Source: Okamejei kenojei (Eukaryota). From it: 64,000 bases of DNA. A model generated the notes under the pieces. That model ran no database searches. It was given only the letters and a program-made list of their open reading frames with translations, and was not told where the DNA came from. The position numbers and the translations under genes were made by a program. Shown here one piece after another: positions 27,701 through 42,200 of this stretch (positions are counted from its first letter, which is position 1; every line of letters begins with the position of its first letter). Location: assembly GCA_035221665.1 (NCBI GenBank), contig CM069148.1, positions 49,786,001-49,850,000 on the forward strand. Reading direction: 5' to 3'.

Positions 27701-30700
27701 TAACCTACAAACCCGCATATCTTTGGAATATGGGATGAAACCGGAGCATCCGGAGAAAACCCAGCAGTCACAAGGAGAACGTGCAAACTCCACACAGACA
27801 GCACCCCAGGTCAAACTCCGAGCCTCTGCCACTGTGAGGCAGCAGCTCTACATGCTGCACCGTGTGCCACACTGTATACTTACTTCCTTCAACTTTCAAT
27901 TGGATGGATTTAGTAATAGGCTTTCCAAGAGTGCTATGTGAAACTTGAAGAGAGAGGACAGTTCCGTCATCTTTATCAATTTCAGGGATGAATATAATTT
28001 TGCATTTCGCACTGGAGTGGCCATCGTGTGTAACAGCTGTCATCTCAATGTGGATAGACTCATTCGCAGAGTCGCCATTGCAAATAAGTCTTTGCTGGTC
28101 TATAGCTTCAGGTGCTTGCGAGTGGCCAGGTGCAGAGCTCCATTGGAAAATCTTACTTTGATTTCCCCCCTCTCTTTGTAGAAAACAACAAAGCGAAATG
28201 TTTGCAGGCTTATATCCTGATATATGACAAGTCAGAACAGTTTCTTCCAAATGTATAATGTGTGGTGGTTTGGCGATTTCAGACACTTTAGGAGGTACTA
28301 GGAAAAAAAAATGTTGATGTTATTCTTCTTTTGGAAGAGGTTTATGTCACTTTAAAAGTATCAGAACAAATTCATCATCCATCTACATAAAACATCCACT
28401 GTAATAAATATGGATGTAAGAACACCTGGCTCAATATCTCATTACATTTTAAGTATCCCCATGGAAGGTTGGTTAAGAAGGTTCAATCTTTGGGTGTTAA
28501 TGGCGGAGTAGCAAGATGGATTCAACAGTGGCTGAATGGGAGATGTCAGAGAGTAATGGTGATTGGCTGTTTGTCAGGTTGGAAGCCGGTGACCAGTGGG
28601 GTGCCTCAGGGATCTGTGTTGGGTCCACTGTTGTTTGTCATGTACATCAATGATCTGGATGATGGGGTGGAAAATTGGATAAGTAAGTATGCAGATGATA
28701 CTAAGATAGGTGGTATTGTGGATAATGAAGTAGATTCTCAAAGTCTACAGAGAGATTTGGGCCATTTGGAAAAGTGGGCTGAAAGATGGCAGATGGAGTT
28801 TAATGCTGATAAGTGTGAAGTGCTACATCTTGGCAGGACAAATCAAAATAGGACGTACATGGTAAATGGTAGGGAATTGAGGAATGTTGTGGAACAGAGA
28901 GATCTAGGAATAACTGCATAGTTCCCTGAAGGTGGAATCACATGTAGATGGGGTGGTAAAGAAAGCCTTTGGTGTGCTGGCCTTTATAAATCAGAGCATT
29001 GAATATAGGAGTAGGGAAGTAATGTTAAAATTGTACAAGGCATTGGTAAGACCAATTCTGGAGTATGGTGTACAATTTTGGTCGCCTAGTTATAGGAAGG
29101 ATGTCAACAAAATAGAGAGAGTACAGAGGAGATTTACTAGAATGTTGCCAGGGTTCCAGCAACTATGTTACAGAGAAAGGTTGAACAAGTTAGGTCTTTA
29201 TTCTTTGGAGCGCAGAAGGTTAAGGGGGGGACTTGATTGAGGTCTTTAAAATGATGAAAGGGATAGACAGAGTTGACGTGGATAAGCTTTTCCCATTGAG
29301 GGTAGGGAAGATTCAAACAAGAGGGCATGACATGAGAATTAAGGGACAGAAGTTTAGGGGTAACGTGAGGGGGAACTTCTTTACTCAGAGGGTGGTGGCT
29401 GTGTGGAATGAGCTTCCAGCAGAGGTGGTGGAGGCAGGATCGATTTTAACATTTAAAAGTAAAGTGGATAGGTATATGGACGTGAAGGGAATGGAGGGGT
29501 ATGGTCTGAGTGCAGGTAGATGGGACTAGGGGAAAACAAATGGTCGGCACGGACTGGAAGGGCCGAGAGGGCCTGTCTCCGTGCTGTAATTGTTATATGG
29601 TTATATGGTTATCTCCACATTTAGAAATAACATGAGAATCAGACATCAAAAATAAAGCAAAAGATATGAATAAATAAATCGAAATCACAATGCAAGAAAA
29701 AAGAACTGGAAATGCAGAGGTGAAAAATACTGGTGTACCTCAAGAATAAAGAAAGATCATCCTATGAAGGTTAGACATAAATAGAAATCAATGGATGTGG
29801 AGAGGATGCTTCCACAAGTGGGAGAGTCTAGGACCAAAGGAACAGCCTCAGAATAAAAGGAAGTACCTACCTTTAGAAAGGAATCACAAACCTATCAATT
29901 ATTTAAAACATAGAAACATAGAAAATAGGTGCAGGAGGAGGACATTCGGCCCTTCGAGCCATTCATTGTGATCATGGCTGATCGTCCCCTATCAATAACC
30001 CGTGCCTGCCTTCTCCCCATATCCCTTGACTCCACTAGCCCCTATCTAACTCTCTCTTAAATCCATCCAGTGATATGGCCTCCACTGCCCTCTGCGGCAG
30101 GGAATTCCATAAATTCACAACTCAGGTGAGAAAAAACTTTTTCACACATAGTCTTAAATGATCTCCCCTTTATTCTAAGATTGTGGCCCCTGATACTGGA
30201 CTCTCCCAACATTGGGAACATTTTTCCTGCATCTAGCTTGTCCAGTCCTTTTATAATTTTATATGTTTCTATAAGATTGGCCCTCAGCCTTCTAGAGTCA
30301 AGTGAATACAAGCCTAGTCATTTCAATCTTTCATATGACAGTCCCGCCATCCCAGGGATCAATCTCGTGAACCTATGCTGCACTGCCTCAATCACAAGGA
30401 TGTCCCTCCTCAAATTAGGAGACCAAAACTGTACACAATACTCCAGATGTGGTCTCACCAAAGTCCTATACAACTGCAGAAGAACCTCTTTAATCCTCTA
30501 CTGAAATCCTCTTGAAGGCCAACATTTCATTAGCTTTCTTCACTGCCTGCTGTACCTGCACGGCAACTTTCAGTGACCGGTGTACAAGGACACCCAGGTC
30601 TCGTTGTACCTCCCCCTTACCTAACCTATCCCCATTGAGATAATAATCTGCCCCCTTGTTCTTGCCACCAAAGTGGATAACCTCACATTTATCTCTATTA

Positions 30701-33700
30701 TACTGCATCTGCCCACTCACTCAACCTGTCCAGGTCCCCCTGCAATCTCCTAAAATCCCCTTCACAGTTCACACTGCCACCCAGCTTTGTGTCATCTGCA
30801 AACTTGCTAGTGTTCCTTCTAATTCCCTCTTTCAAATCATTTATATATGGTAAACAGTTGCGGCCCCAACACCGAGCCTTGCGGCACTCCACTCGCCACT
30901 GCCCGCCATTCTGAAAAGGACCTGTTCACTCCTACTCTTTGCTTCCGGTCTGCCAACCAATTTTCTATCCATGTCAACACCCTACCCCCAATACCATGTG
31001 CTCTAATTGTAGTCACCAGTCTCCCATGCAGGACCTTATCAAAGGCTTTCTGAAAGTCTAGATACACTACATCCACTGGCACCCCTTCATCCATTTTACT
31101 CGTCACATCCTTAAAAAATTCCATAAGATTAGTCAAGCATGATTTCCCTTTCATAAATCCATGTTGACTTGGACTAATCCTTTTACTGGTATCCAAATGC
31201 CCCATTTTTACCTCTTTAATAATTGACTACAGCATCTTTCCCACCACCGAAATCAGGCTAACTGGTCTGTAATTCCCCGTTTTCTCTCTCGCTCCTTTCT
31301 TGAAAAGTGGGATAATATTAGCTATCCTCCAATCCACAGGAACTGATCCTGAATCTATTGAACATTGGAAAATGATCACCAATGCGTCCACTATTTCTAG
31401 AACCACCTTCCTGAGGACCCTGGGACGCAGACCATCAGGCCCAGGGGATTTATCATCCTTCAGTCCCATTAGCCTACCCAATACTATTTCTCACCTAATG
31501 AAAATTTCTTTCAGTTCCTCTACCTCCTTAGATCCTCTGTCCTCCAGTACATCTGGGAGATTGTTTGTGTCTTCCTTAGTGAAGACAGATCCGAAGTACC
31601 TATTCAACTCTTCTGCCATTTCCTTGTTGCCCATAATAATTTCATCCCTGTCTGCCTTCAAGGGACCCACTTTTGACTTTGCTACTCTTTTTCCCTTAAC
31701 ATATGTAAAGAAGCTTTTACTGTCCTTCTTTATATTCCTGGCCAGTTTACCCTCGTAGTTCATCTTTTCAGCCCGTATTGCCCGTTTTGTTTCCTTCTGT
31801 TGTCTTATGAAAGTTTCCCAATCCTCTGGCTTCCGGCTACTCTTTGCTGTAATATCTTTTCTCTTAGTTTTATTCTATCCCTAATTTCTCGTCAGCCATG
31901 GTTGCCTCCTACTCCCCTTAAAATCTGTTTTCATTTTTGGAATGAAATGATCCTGCGTCTTCCGGATTATGCTCAGATATTCGTGCCATTGCGGTTCCAC
32001 CGTCATTCCTGCTAGGATCCCTTTGCAGTCTACTTTGGCCAGCTCCCCTCTCATGCCTTCATAGTCCCCTTTGTTCAACTGCATCACTGACACTTCCGAT
32101 TTAACGTTCTTCTTCTCAAATTGCAGTTGAAACCTATCAATTTCTTTGGCTTTAAAAATACCCAATGATATGGCCTCCTCAACTGCCCGTGGCAATTAAT
32201 TCCACAGATTCACCCCCCTCTGGTTAAATAAATTCTTCCTCATCTCCATTCTAAAGGAACGTCCTTTTACTCCGAGGCTGTGGCCTCTGGTCCTGGACTC
32301 TCCCACTGCTGGAAACATCCTCTCCATGTCCACTCTATCTATCTATCTATCTATCTATCTAACTATCTGACAGTTCATATTCAGTCGAGGTAATGTAGTG
32401 AATAAATGCATGAAATATAGAACATTGAACAGAGTACAGCACAGGAACAGGCCCTTCGGCCCACAATGCTCATGCCCAACATGATGCCAAGATAAACTAA
32501 TTTGCTCTGCCTCCACCACCACCCCTGGCAGCATGTTCAAGGCAACCCCCAACACACCTCTGTGTAAAAAAAATTGTTGTCCATATCTCCATAAAACTTT
32601 GCCCCTCTCATCTTAAAGTTATGCCCTCTGGTCTTTGACATTTCCACCCTGGGGATAACGTTCTGATTACCTATGCTTCGCATAATTTTACAATTTCTAT
32701 CAGATCTTTCCTCAGCCTTTTCCTCACTCTAGAGAAAATAATCAAACTTTTTCCAATCTTTCCTGTATTCAATATCCTCTAACCCAGGCAGCATTGTGGT
32801 AAACCTCTCCCCATGCCTCCACATCCTTCCTGTAAAGTAGCGAGCATAACTGCATGCAATACTCCAAATATGGCCTAACTAAAGTCCTATAAAGCTGCAA
32901 CATGACTTCCTGCCTCTTATACTCAATGTCGTGTCTGATGTAGGCAAGCATTCTATACCATACTATATCAAACACAGAAAATTATCTTAGGCAAAACTGT
33001 TTTGAATGTTCAGGGATGGATACTTTACTTTTTCTAAAAATCTTTAGATACATTAAAAATCCAACGATCATGATCAAGGAACACAGCAGTATACTGCCAA
33101 TAACACAGCATGTAATTATTCCCCCTGGTACAACGATTTCTGGTTCTGTAAGAAAAAAGGTTTTAATAACAATTAGCAAAAATCTTATATTCATTACACA
33201 AGACTATTTCCAAAACAACTACATAGGCAGCATAGTAGCACAGCGGTAAGTTGTTGCTTCACAGTGCCAGAGACAAAGAAAAGCTTTTCAATGTACCTCA
33301 GTACAAATGACAATCAAGTAAACTAAACCTGGGTTCGATCCCGACTCCGGGTGCTAACTGTGCAGTGTATGTACATTGTCCCTGTGACCGCGTGAGTTTC
33401 CTCCGGGTGCTTCGGTTTCCTCCCACACGTCAAAGTTGTGCAGGTTTGTGAGTTAATTGGATTCTGTCAATTCTCCCTTGTGTGTAGGATGCAAAACTGG
33501 GATAACAGAGAACGGCCTCCTTCATGGCCAGAGTGAGGACCACCATAAGTTGGAGGAGCAGCACCTCATATTTCATATGGGAAGTTTGCACCCCAGCGGA
33601 ATGAACATTGACTTCTCTAATTTTAGGTAGTCCTCACTTTCTCCTGCCCTTCTCAGCTCTCCCTCAGCCCACTGGCTCCACCTCTTCCCGCCTGCCCACA

Positions 33701-36700
33701 TCAGTCTGAAGAAGGGTTTTGACCCGAAACATTGCCTATTTCCTTCGCTCTATAGATGCAGCCTCACCCGCTGAGTTTCTCCAGCATTTTTGTCTAACAG
33801 AGAACATGGTTGCATGGACTCAGCGGGCCGAAGGGTCGGTTTCCACATTGTATCTCTAAACTGAACTAAACTAAGCGAAAACTAGTATTCCCTATTGGAT
33901 TCGGGATATTTTGCTTCAGACAACTCTCTCAAATGTATTTGATGAATTTGCTTTGTAATGTTGCTTCACAACTTAGTGTGTCTGGTCTCTATTGAGAATG
34001 AATGCCTGCCACAATTCATTTTTGTTCCAAACGTCTAGATTTTGTGCTCCAAACTGCTCGCATTAAAATGCAAGAGTCCCGATTTGAAATGTCGCCTATC
34101 CATGCCTGATATAGATATAGCCTGACCCAGTATACCAGTAGAGGAGCTTTGAATTTCAGGTTAATACCATATGATTAGAAAATCGGGGGACATAAGTAAG
34201 GGAAAGATTTAAAGGGAACCTGAGGGACAACTTTTTTCCACACAGGTGGCGGGTATTTGGAACGAGCTGCCAGAAGAGGAAGTTGAGGCAGGTGCAATAA
34301 CTACATTTAAAAGACACTTGGACAGGTACATGGATAAGAAAGGTTGAGAGGGCCATGGACCAAACGCGGGCAGGTGGGACTAGCTTAGATGGGGCATCTT
34401 AATCGGCATAGGCAGGTTTGGCCAGAGGGCCCGTTTCCTTGCTGCAGATGTTGGTTTACATAAATAAATGCCCCCTAGTGTGCAGGGTTGATAAATCAAA
34501 GGTAGACAAAAATGCTGGAGAAACACAGCGGGTGAGGCAGCATCGACGGAGCGAAGGAAATAGGTGACGTTTCGGGTCAAGACCCTTCTTCAGACTGATG
34601 TGGGGGTGGGGCGGCGGGAAGAAGAAAGGAAGAAGTGGAGACAGTAGGCTGTGGGAGAGCTGGGAAGGGGAGGGGAAGGAGAGAGAAAGCAAGGACTACC
34701 TGAAATTAACCATATAACAATTACAGCACGGAAACAGGCCCTCTCGGCCCTTCCTGTCCGTGCCGATCATTTGTTTTCCCCTAGTCCCATCTACCTGCAC
34801 TCACACCATACCCCTCCATTCCCTTCCCGTCCATATACCTATCCACTTTACTTTTAAATGCTAAAATCGATCCTGCCTCCAACACTTCTGCTGGAAGCTC
34901 ATTCTACACAGCCACCACCCTCTGAGTAAAGAAGTTCCCCCTCACGTTACCCCTAAACTTCCGTCCCTTAATTCGCATGTCATGCCCTCTTGTTTGAATC
35001 TTCCCTACCCTTAATGGGAAAAGCTTATCCACATCAACTCTGTCTATCCCTTTCATCATTTTAAAGACCTCAATCAAGTCCCCCCTTAACCTTCTGCGCT
35101 CCAAAGAATAAAGACCTAACTTGTTCAACCTTTCTCTGTAACATAGTTGCTGGATCCCAGGCAACATTATAGTAAATCTCCTCTGTACTCTCTCTATCTT
35201 TACTCTCTCTATCCTTCCTATAACTAGGCGACCAAAATTGTACACCATACTCCAGAATTGTTCTCACCAATGCCTTGTACAATTTTAACATTACATCCCT
35301 GCTCCTATATTCAATGCTCTGATTTATAAAGGCCAGCACACCAAAGACTTTCTTTACCACCCCATCTACATGTGATTCCACCTTCAGGGAACTATGCAGT
35401 TATTCCTAGATCTCTCTGTTCCACAACATTCCTCAATTCCCTACCATTTACCATGTACGTCCTATTTTGATTTGTCCTGCCAAGATGTAACACTTCACAC
35501 TTATCAGCATTAAACTCCATCTGCCATCTTTCAGCCCACTTTTCCATATGGCCCAAATCTCTCTGTAGACTTTGAAAATCCACTTCATTATCTATAACAC
35601 CATCTATCTTTGTATCATCTGCATACTTACTTATCCAATTTTCCACCCCATCATCCAGATCATTGATGTACATGACAAACAACAATGGACCCAACACAGA
35701 TCCCTGAGGCACCCCACTGGTCACCGGCTTCCAACCTGACAAACAGCCATCCACCATTACTCTCTGACATCTCCCCTTCAGCCACTGTTGAATCCATCTC
35801 GCTACTCCGCCATTAACACCCAAAGATTGAACCTTTTTTAACCAACCTTCCATGGGGAACCTTGTCAAAGGCCTGACTGAAATCCATATAGACAACATCC
35901 ACTGCTTTACCCTCATCAATTTCCCTAGTAACCGCTTCAGAAAATTCAAGAAGGTTTGTCAAACATGAACTTCCAGGCACAAATCCATGTTGACTGTTCC
36001 TGATCAGACCCTGTTTATCCAGATGCTTATATATATTATCTCTAAGTATCCTTTCCATTAATTTACCCACCACTGACGTCAAACTAACAGGTCTATAATT
36101 GCTAGGTTTATTCTTTGAACCCTTTTTAAACAATGGAACAACATGCGCAGTACGCCAATCCTCCGGCATTATTCCCGTTTCTAATGACATTTGAAATATT
36201 TAATTAGGGGAAAAACAAATGGGCGGCACGGACTGGAAGGGCCGAGAGGGCCTGTTTCCGTGCTGTAATTGTTATATGGTTATATTTCTGTCATAGCTCC
36301 TGCTATTTCTACACTAACTTCCCTCAATGTCCTAGGGAATATCCCGTCAGGACCTGGAGACTTATCCACTTTTATATTTTTCAAAAGTGTCAGTACTTCC
36401 TCCTCTTTGAATCTCATAGTTTCCATAGCTACTCTACTTTTTTTCCTTACTTCACATAGTTCAATATCCTTCTCCTTGGTGAATACTGAAGAAAATAAAT
36501 TATTCAATATCTCCCCCATCTCTTTTGGCTCTGCAGATTGCTGTCCATTCTGTCTCTCTAGTGGTCCAATTTTATCCCTCGTTATCCTTTTGCTATTAAT
36601 ATAGCTGTAGAAACCCTTTGGATTTACTTTCACCTTTCTTGCCAAAGCAACCTCATATCTTCTTTTAGCCTTCCTAATTTATTTCTTAAGATTCTTTTTA

Positions 36701-39184
36701 CATTCTTTATACTCCTCTAGAACCTCATTTACTCCATACCTCCTATAATTATTGTAGATATCTCTCTTTTTTCGAAACAAGTGTCCAATTTCCCTTGAAA
36801 ACCATGGCTCTTTCTAATTTTTAATATTTCCTTTCACCCTAACAGGAACATAAAGATTCTGTACTCTTACAATTTCCCCTTTAAATGTCCTCCATTTCTC
36901 TTCTACATCCTTCCCATAAAATAGTGTCCAAACTCCTAAAATAGTGTCCAACTCCTTTTAAATCCTTACGCATTCCCTCAAAGTTAGCCTTTCTCCAATC
37001 AAAAATCTCCACCCTAGGTCCAGTTCTGACTCTCTCCATAATTATATTGAAACTAATGGTATTGTGATCACTGGTCCCGAAGTGCTCACCAACGCATACC
37101 TCCGTCACCTGACCTGCCTCATTTCCTAACAGGAGGTCCAGCACTGCCCCTTCTCTGGTCGGTACCTCTATGTACTGCTGTAAAAAACTATCCTGCACAG
37201 ATTTTACAAACTCCAAACCATCCAGCCCATTTACAGAATGTGTTTCCCAGTCTATTTTTGGAAAATTGAAATCTCCCACAATCACTACCTTGTGCTTACT
37301 ACTAATATCTGCTATCTCCTTACATATTTGCTCTTCCAATTCTCGTTCCCCATTTGGCGGTCTATAATACACCCCTGTAAGTGTTGTTACACCGTTCCCA
37401 CTTCTTAGTTGCACCCAAATAGCCTCCCTAGACGAGCCCTCTAATCTATCCTGCCAGAGCATTGCTATAATATCCTCTCTGACAAGCAATGCAACACCTC
37501 CACCTCTGGTCCCTCCAATTCTATCACACCTGAAGCAACGAAATCCTGGAATATTTAGTTTCCAATCACAGCCATCCTGCAACCATGTTTCACTGATTGC
37601 CACAACATCATATTTCCAGGTGTCAATCCAGGCTCTAAGTTCATCCACCTTTCTTACAATTCTCCTAGCATTAAAATATACACATTTTAGAAACCCACCA
37701 TCCCTTATTCTCTATTATCTTTTTCCTCTTTCTCGTCTACATTTTGGGTCCATGTGCTTCCCTTCTCTGCCTCTTGACCCACACCCTGTCCCCTAGCCCC
37801 CTCTACCCGAGTCCCTCTTTGGGGAATTGGAGAAGTTAATGTTCATACTGCTGGGGTGTAACTGCCCAAGCGAAACACGAGGCTCCTCCAATTTGCAGTG
37901 GGACTCATTCTAGCCATGGAGGAGGCTCAGGACAGAAAGATCGGATTCGGAATGGGAGGGGAAGATGAAGTGCTGGGCCACCGGGAGATCAGGTTGGTTA
38001 ATACGAACTGAGCGGAGGTGTTGGGCAAAGTGATCACCAAACCTGCGCTTGGTCTCACAGATGTAGAGCAGCTGACACTAGAGCAGCGGATGCAATAGAT
38101 GAGGTTGGAGGAGGTGCAGGTGAACCTCTGCCGCACCTGGAAAGACTGCTTAGGTCCTTGGGTGGAGTCGCAGGGGGAGGTAAAGTGACAAGTGTGGCAT
38201 TTCCTGCGGTTGCAAGGGAAAGGACCTGGGGAGTGGGTGGTTTGGGTGGGAAGGTAGCATTTCCTTAGAATCAGTAGGAGACAAATGCCCTTCAACCCAA
38301 CTTATCCATACTGTCCAAGATACACCATCTACGCCAGACTAACCTGCCCATATTTGGCCCATCGATGGTCAGTGTGGATTCGTTGGGCTGAAGGGTCTGT
38401 TTCCACATTACTTCTATAACTAAAATTAAACTTACCTTTGACAGTCAGATGGGTGGTCAACTCTGTGCCCTTATCAAGTGATCTATGTCTCACTAAGCAG
38501 ATGTAAGTGTTACCATCGTCCTGGAGTGTTGGACGTAGCCTCATATGGCTTGACACATTGTAGGTTCCATCCGCATTTCTAACAGGAGATCCTGTGCAAA
38601 TGTGGTCCAGGATCTTCTGTTCTCCACTCTTTGATTTCTTGAGCCAGCTTATCTGAATCGCCAAGGGGTAAAACGCAGTACTGTCACATTTCACCGATTT
38701 CTCCGTCCCATTCTCAATTGTGATAGCAGTTGCGGATAAACTAATTTGCGGTTCAGCTGTAAAGATAATAATTAATGTTAGTCATACAGTGTGGAAACGG
38801 GCCCTGCGGCCCAATCTGCCCACACGAGCCAGCATGTCTCATAGTCATTTGATATTAGTGGCCGTTTAAAAATATATTTTTCAATCCGAATCAAGTAATG
38901 AATGCACAAATTGAAATGTTGAGTTTAGGTTCGAGATACAGCGTGGAAATAGGCCTTCGGCTCATCGAGTCCGCGCTGACCATCAATCACCCCGTACATT
39001 AATTCTAACTGAACAATATAATAAGAAGAATCCAATTATTCACAGTATAACACAGCTGATTGGGTGCAACCCGGGGTTTACATTTTTACATTTCATTAAT
39101 TCATTAACTGGGAGTTAAGGATTCTGGGAGTTAAGGGTTCAGTATTTATTAGTAAAGTTTAAAGGATAACGTTTTGTGTTTATA

Positions 39185-39233
<49 letters not shown>

Positions 39234-42200
39234 ATTATATATATATATCTATAATACAGATTATATATAGACAGAAGCCCAGGAGCGGTTGCAGTGGGAG
39301 GAGCCCAAATCCGTAACGTTCCATTTGCAGCTCGCAGTTGAGGAACCGCTGATTGGTGGAAGATGACTCGAGGGAGCAGTTGATTGGCAGACAGATCCCT
39401 GCTGATTTCTTTCAGCTAAAATCCTCGCATTGTATTGTATATTGTATTGTAGCCAGGGTAAGGGGGAGGATGAGTGCCAGGGCAGTTTACTGTTCTGGAT
39501 TTCAGATGTGGGAGGTCATGCAGTCAGATAGCTCTCCAGACGTCCACATCTGCGCCAGGTGCGTCAAGATGGCGCTCCAAATGGACCGAATTCGGTACCT
39601 GGAGCAGCAGCTCGATGACCTCCGTCTGGTCAGGGAGAGTGAGGAAGCCATAGAGAGGAGCTACAGACAGGTGGTCACTCCAAAACCACAGGAGGCAGAA
39701 AAGTTGGTCACGGTTAGGAGAGGCAAGGGGCAGAGGCAGGGACTAGAGAGTACCCCGGTGGCTGTACACCTTGGCAATAAGTACTCCTGTTTGAGTACTG
39801 TTGGGAGGCACAGCCTACCTGGGGGTAGCAACAGCGACCGGGCCTCCGGTACAAAGACCGGCCCTGTTGCTCAGAAGGGTAAGGAAAAGAAGAGGAGGGC
39901 AGCAGTAATAGGGGACTCTATAGTTAGGGGGTCAGATAGGCGATTCTGTGGACGCAGTCAGAAGACCCGGATGGTAGTTTGCCTCCCTGGTGCCAGGGTC
40001 CGGGATGTGACTGAACGTGCCCAAGATATCTTGAAATGGGAGGGAGAGGAGCCAGAGGTCGTGGTACATATAGGTACCAATGACATTAGGTAGAAAAAGA
40101 GAGGAGGTCCTGAAAGGAGAATTTAGGGAGTTAGGAAGAGTGTTAAGGAGAAGGACCGCAAAGGTAACAATCTCAGGATTATTGCCTGTGCCACGCGACA
40201 GTGAGAGTAGGAATGGAGCAAGGTGGAGGATAAATGCTAGGCTAAAGGACTGGTGCAGAGCGCAGAGATTCAAGTTTCTGGATCATTGGGACCTCTTTTG
40301 GGGAAGGTGTGACCTGTACAAAAAGGACGGGTTGCACTTGAACCCGAGGGGAACCAATATCCTGGCGGGGAGATTTGCAAAGGCAACTGGGGAGACTTTA
40401 AACTAGATCGGTTCGGGGGAGGGACTCAAATAGAGAAGGAAAGTAGTCCGTTTGTGAGGCAGGAGGCAGAGAAGAGAAGCAGTCAGACACAACACGTAGG
40501 GAGAAAAGAAGAAAAAAATAACAAACGGAGAATAAGTGGAAGGTTTCTTAAATGTGTGAGCAGAGAGACAGAGGGGTGTAAAATAAGGATAGGAGGAATA
40601 GGTAGCAAAGTGAAAAGTGGCAGGAAAACAAATCCAGGGCAAAAATCTAAAAGGGCCACTTTTCAACATAATTGTAAAAGGGCCAAGAGTTTTGAAAAAA
40701 CAAGCCTGAAGGCTTTGTGTCTCAATGCGAGGAGCATTCGTAATAAGGTGGATGAGTTGAATGTGCAGATAGCTATTAATGATTATGATATAGTTGGGAT
40801 CACAGAGACATGGCTCCAGGGTGACCAAGGCTGGGAGCTGAACATCCAGGGATATTCAATATTCAGGAAGGATAGAAAGAGAGGAAAAGGAGGTGGGGTA
40901 GCGTTGCTGGTTAGAGAGGAGATTAACGCAATAGAAAGGAATGACATTAGCTTGGAGGATGTGGAATCGATATGAGTGGAGCTGCGAAACACTAAGGGGC
41001 AGAAAACGCTAGTGGGTGTTGTGTACAGGCCACCTAACAGTAGTAGTGGACTTGGGGATGGCATCAAACAGGAAATTAGAAATGCGTGCAATTAAGGTAA
41101 AACCGTTATAATGGGTGACTTCAATCTACATATAGATTGGGTGAATCAAATTGGCTGGGGTGCTGAGGAAGAGGATTTCTTGGAATGTATGCGGGATAGT
41201 TTTCTAAACCAACATGTGGAGGAACCAACGAGGGAGCAGGCTATTCTAGACTGGATATTGAGTAATGAGAAGGGTTAGTTAGCAGCCTTGTTGCACGTGG
41301 CCCCTTGGGCAGGAGTGACCATAATATGGTTGAGTTTTTCATTAGGATGGAGAGTGACATTGTTAATTCAGAAACACGGGTCCTGAACTTAAAGAAAGGT
41401 AACTTTGAGGGTATGAGACGTGAATTGGCCAAGATGGACTGGCAATTGATTCTTGAAGGGTTAACGGTGGATATGCAATGGAAGGCATTTAAAGACTGCA
41501 TGGATGAACTACAACAATTGTTCATCCCAGTATGGCAAAAGAATAAATCAGGGAAGGTGGCTCATCCGTGGATAACGAGGGAAATCAGGGATAGTATCAA
41601 AGAATAAGATGAAGCGTACAAATTAGCCAGAAAAAGCAGCCTACCAGGGGACTGGGAGAAATTCAGAGACCAACAGAGGTGGACAAAGGGCTTAATTAGG
41701 AAAGGGAAAATGGAGTATGAAAGAAAACTGGCAGGAAACATAAAAACTGACTGCAAAAGTTTTTATCGATATGTGAAGCGCAAAAGATTAGTTAAAACAA
41801 ATGTAGGTCCCTTGCAGTCAGAAACAGGTAAATTGATCATGGGGAACATGGACATGGCAGACCAATTCAATAACTACTTTGGTTCTGTCTTCACTAAGGA
41901 AGACATAAATAATTTGCGGGAAATAGCAGGGGATCGCGGGTCAAATGAGATGGAGGAAATGAGTGAAATCCAGGTTAGCCGGAAAGTGGTGTTGGGTAAA
42001 TTGAATGGATTAAAGGCCGATAAATCCCCAGGGCCAGATAGGCTGCATCCCAGGGTACTTAAGGAAGTAGCCCCAGAAATAGCAGATGCCTTAGTGATGA
42101 TTTTTCAAAACTCTTTAGATTCTGGAGTAGTTCCTGAGGATTGGAGGGTAGCTAATGTAACCCCATTTTTTAAAAAGGGAGGGAGAGAGAAAACTGGGAA

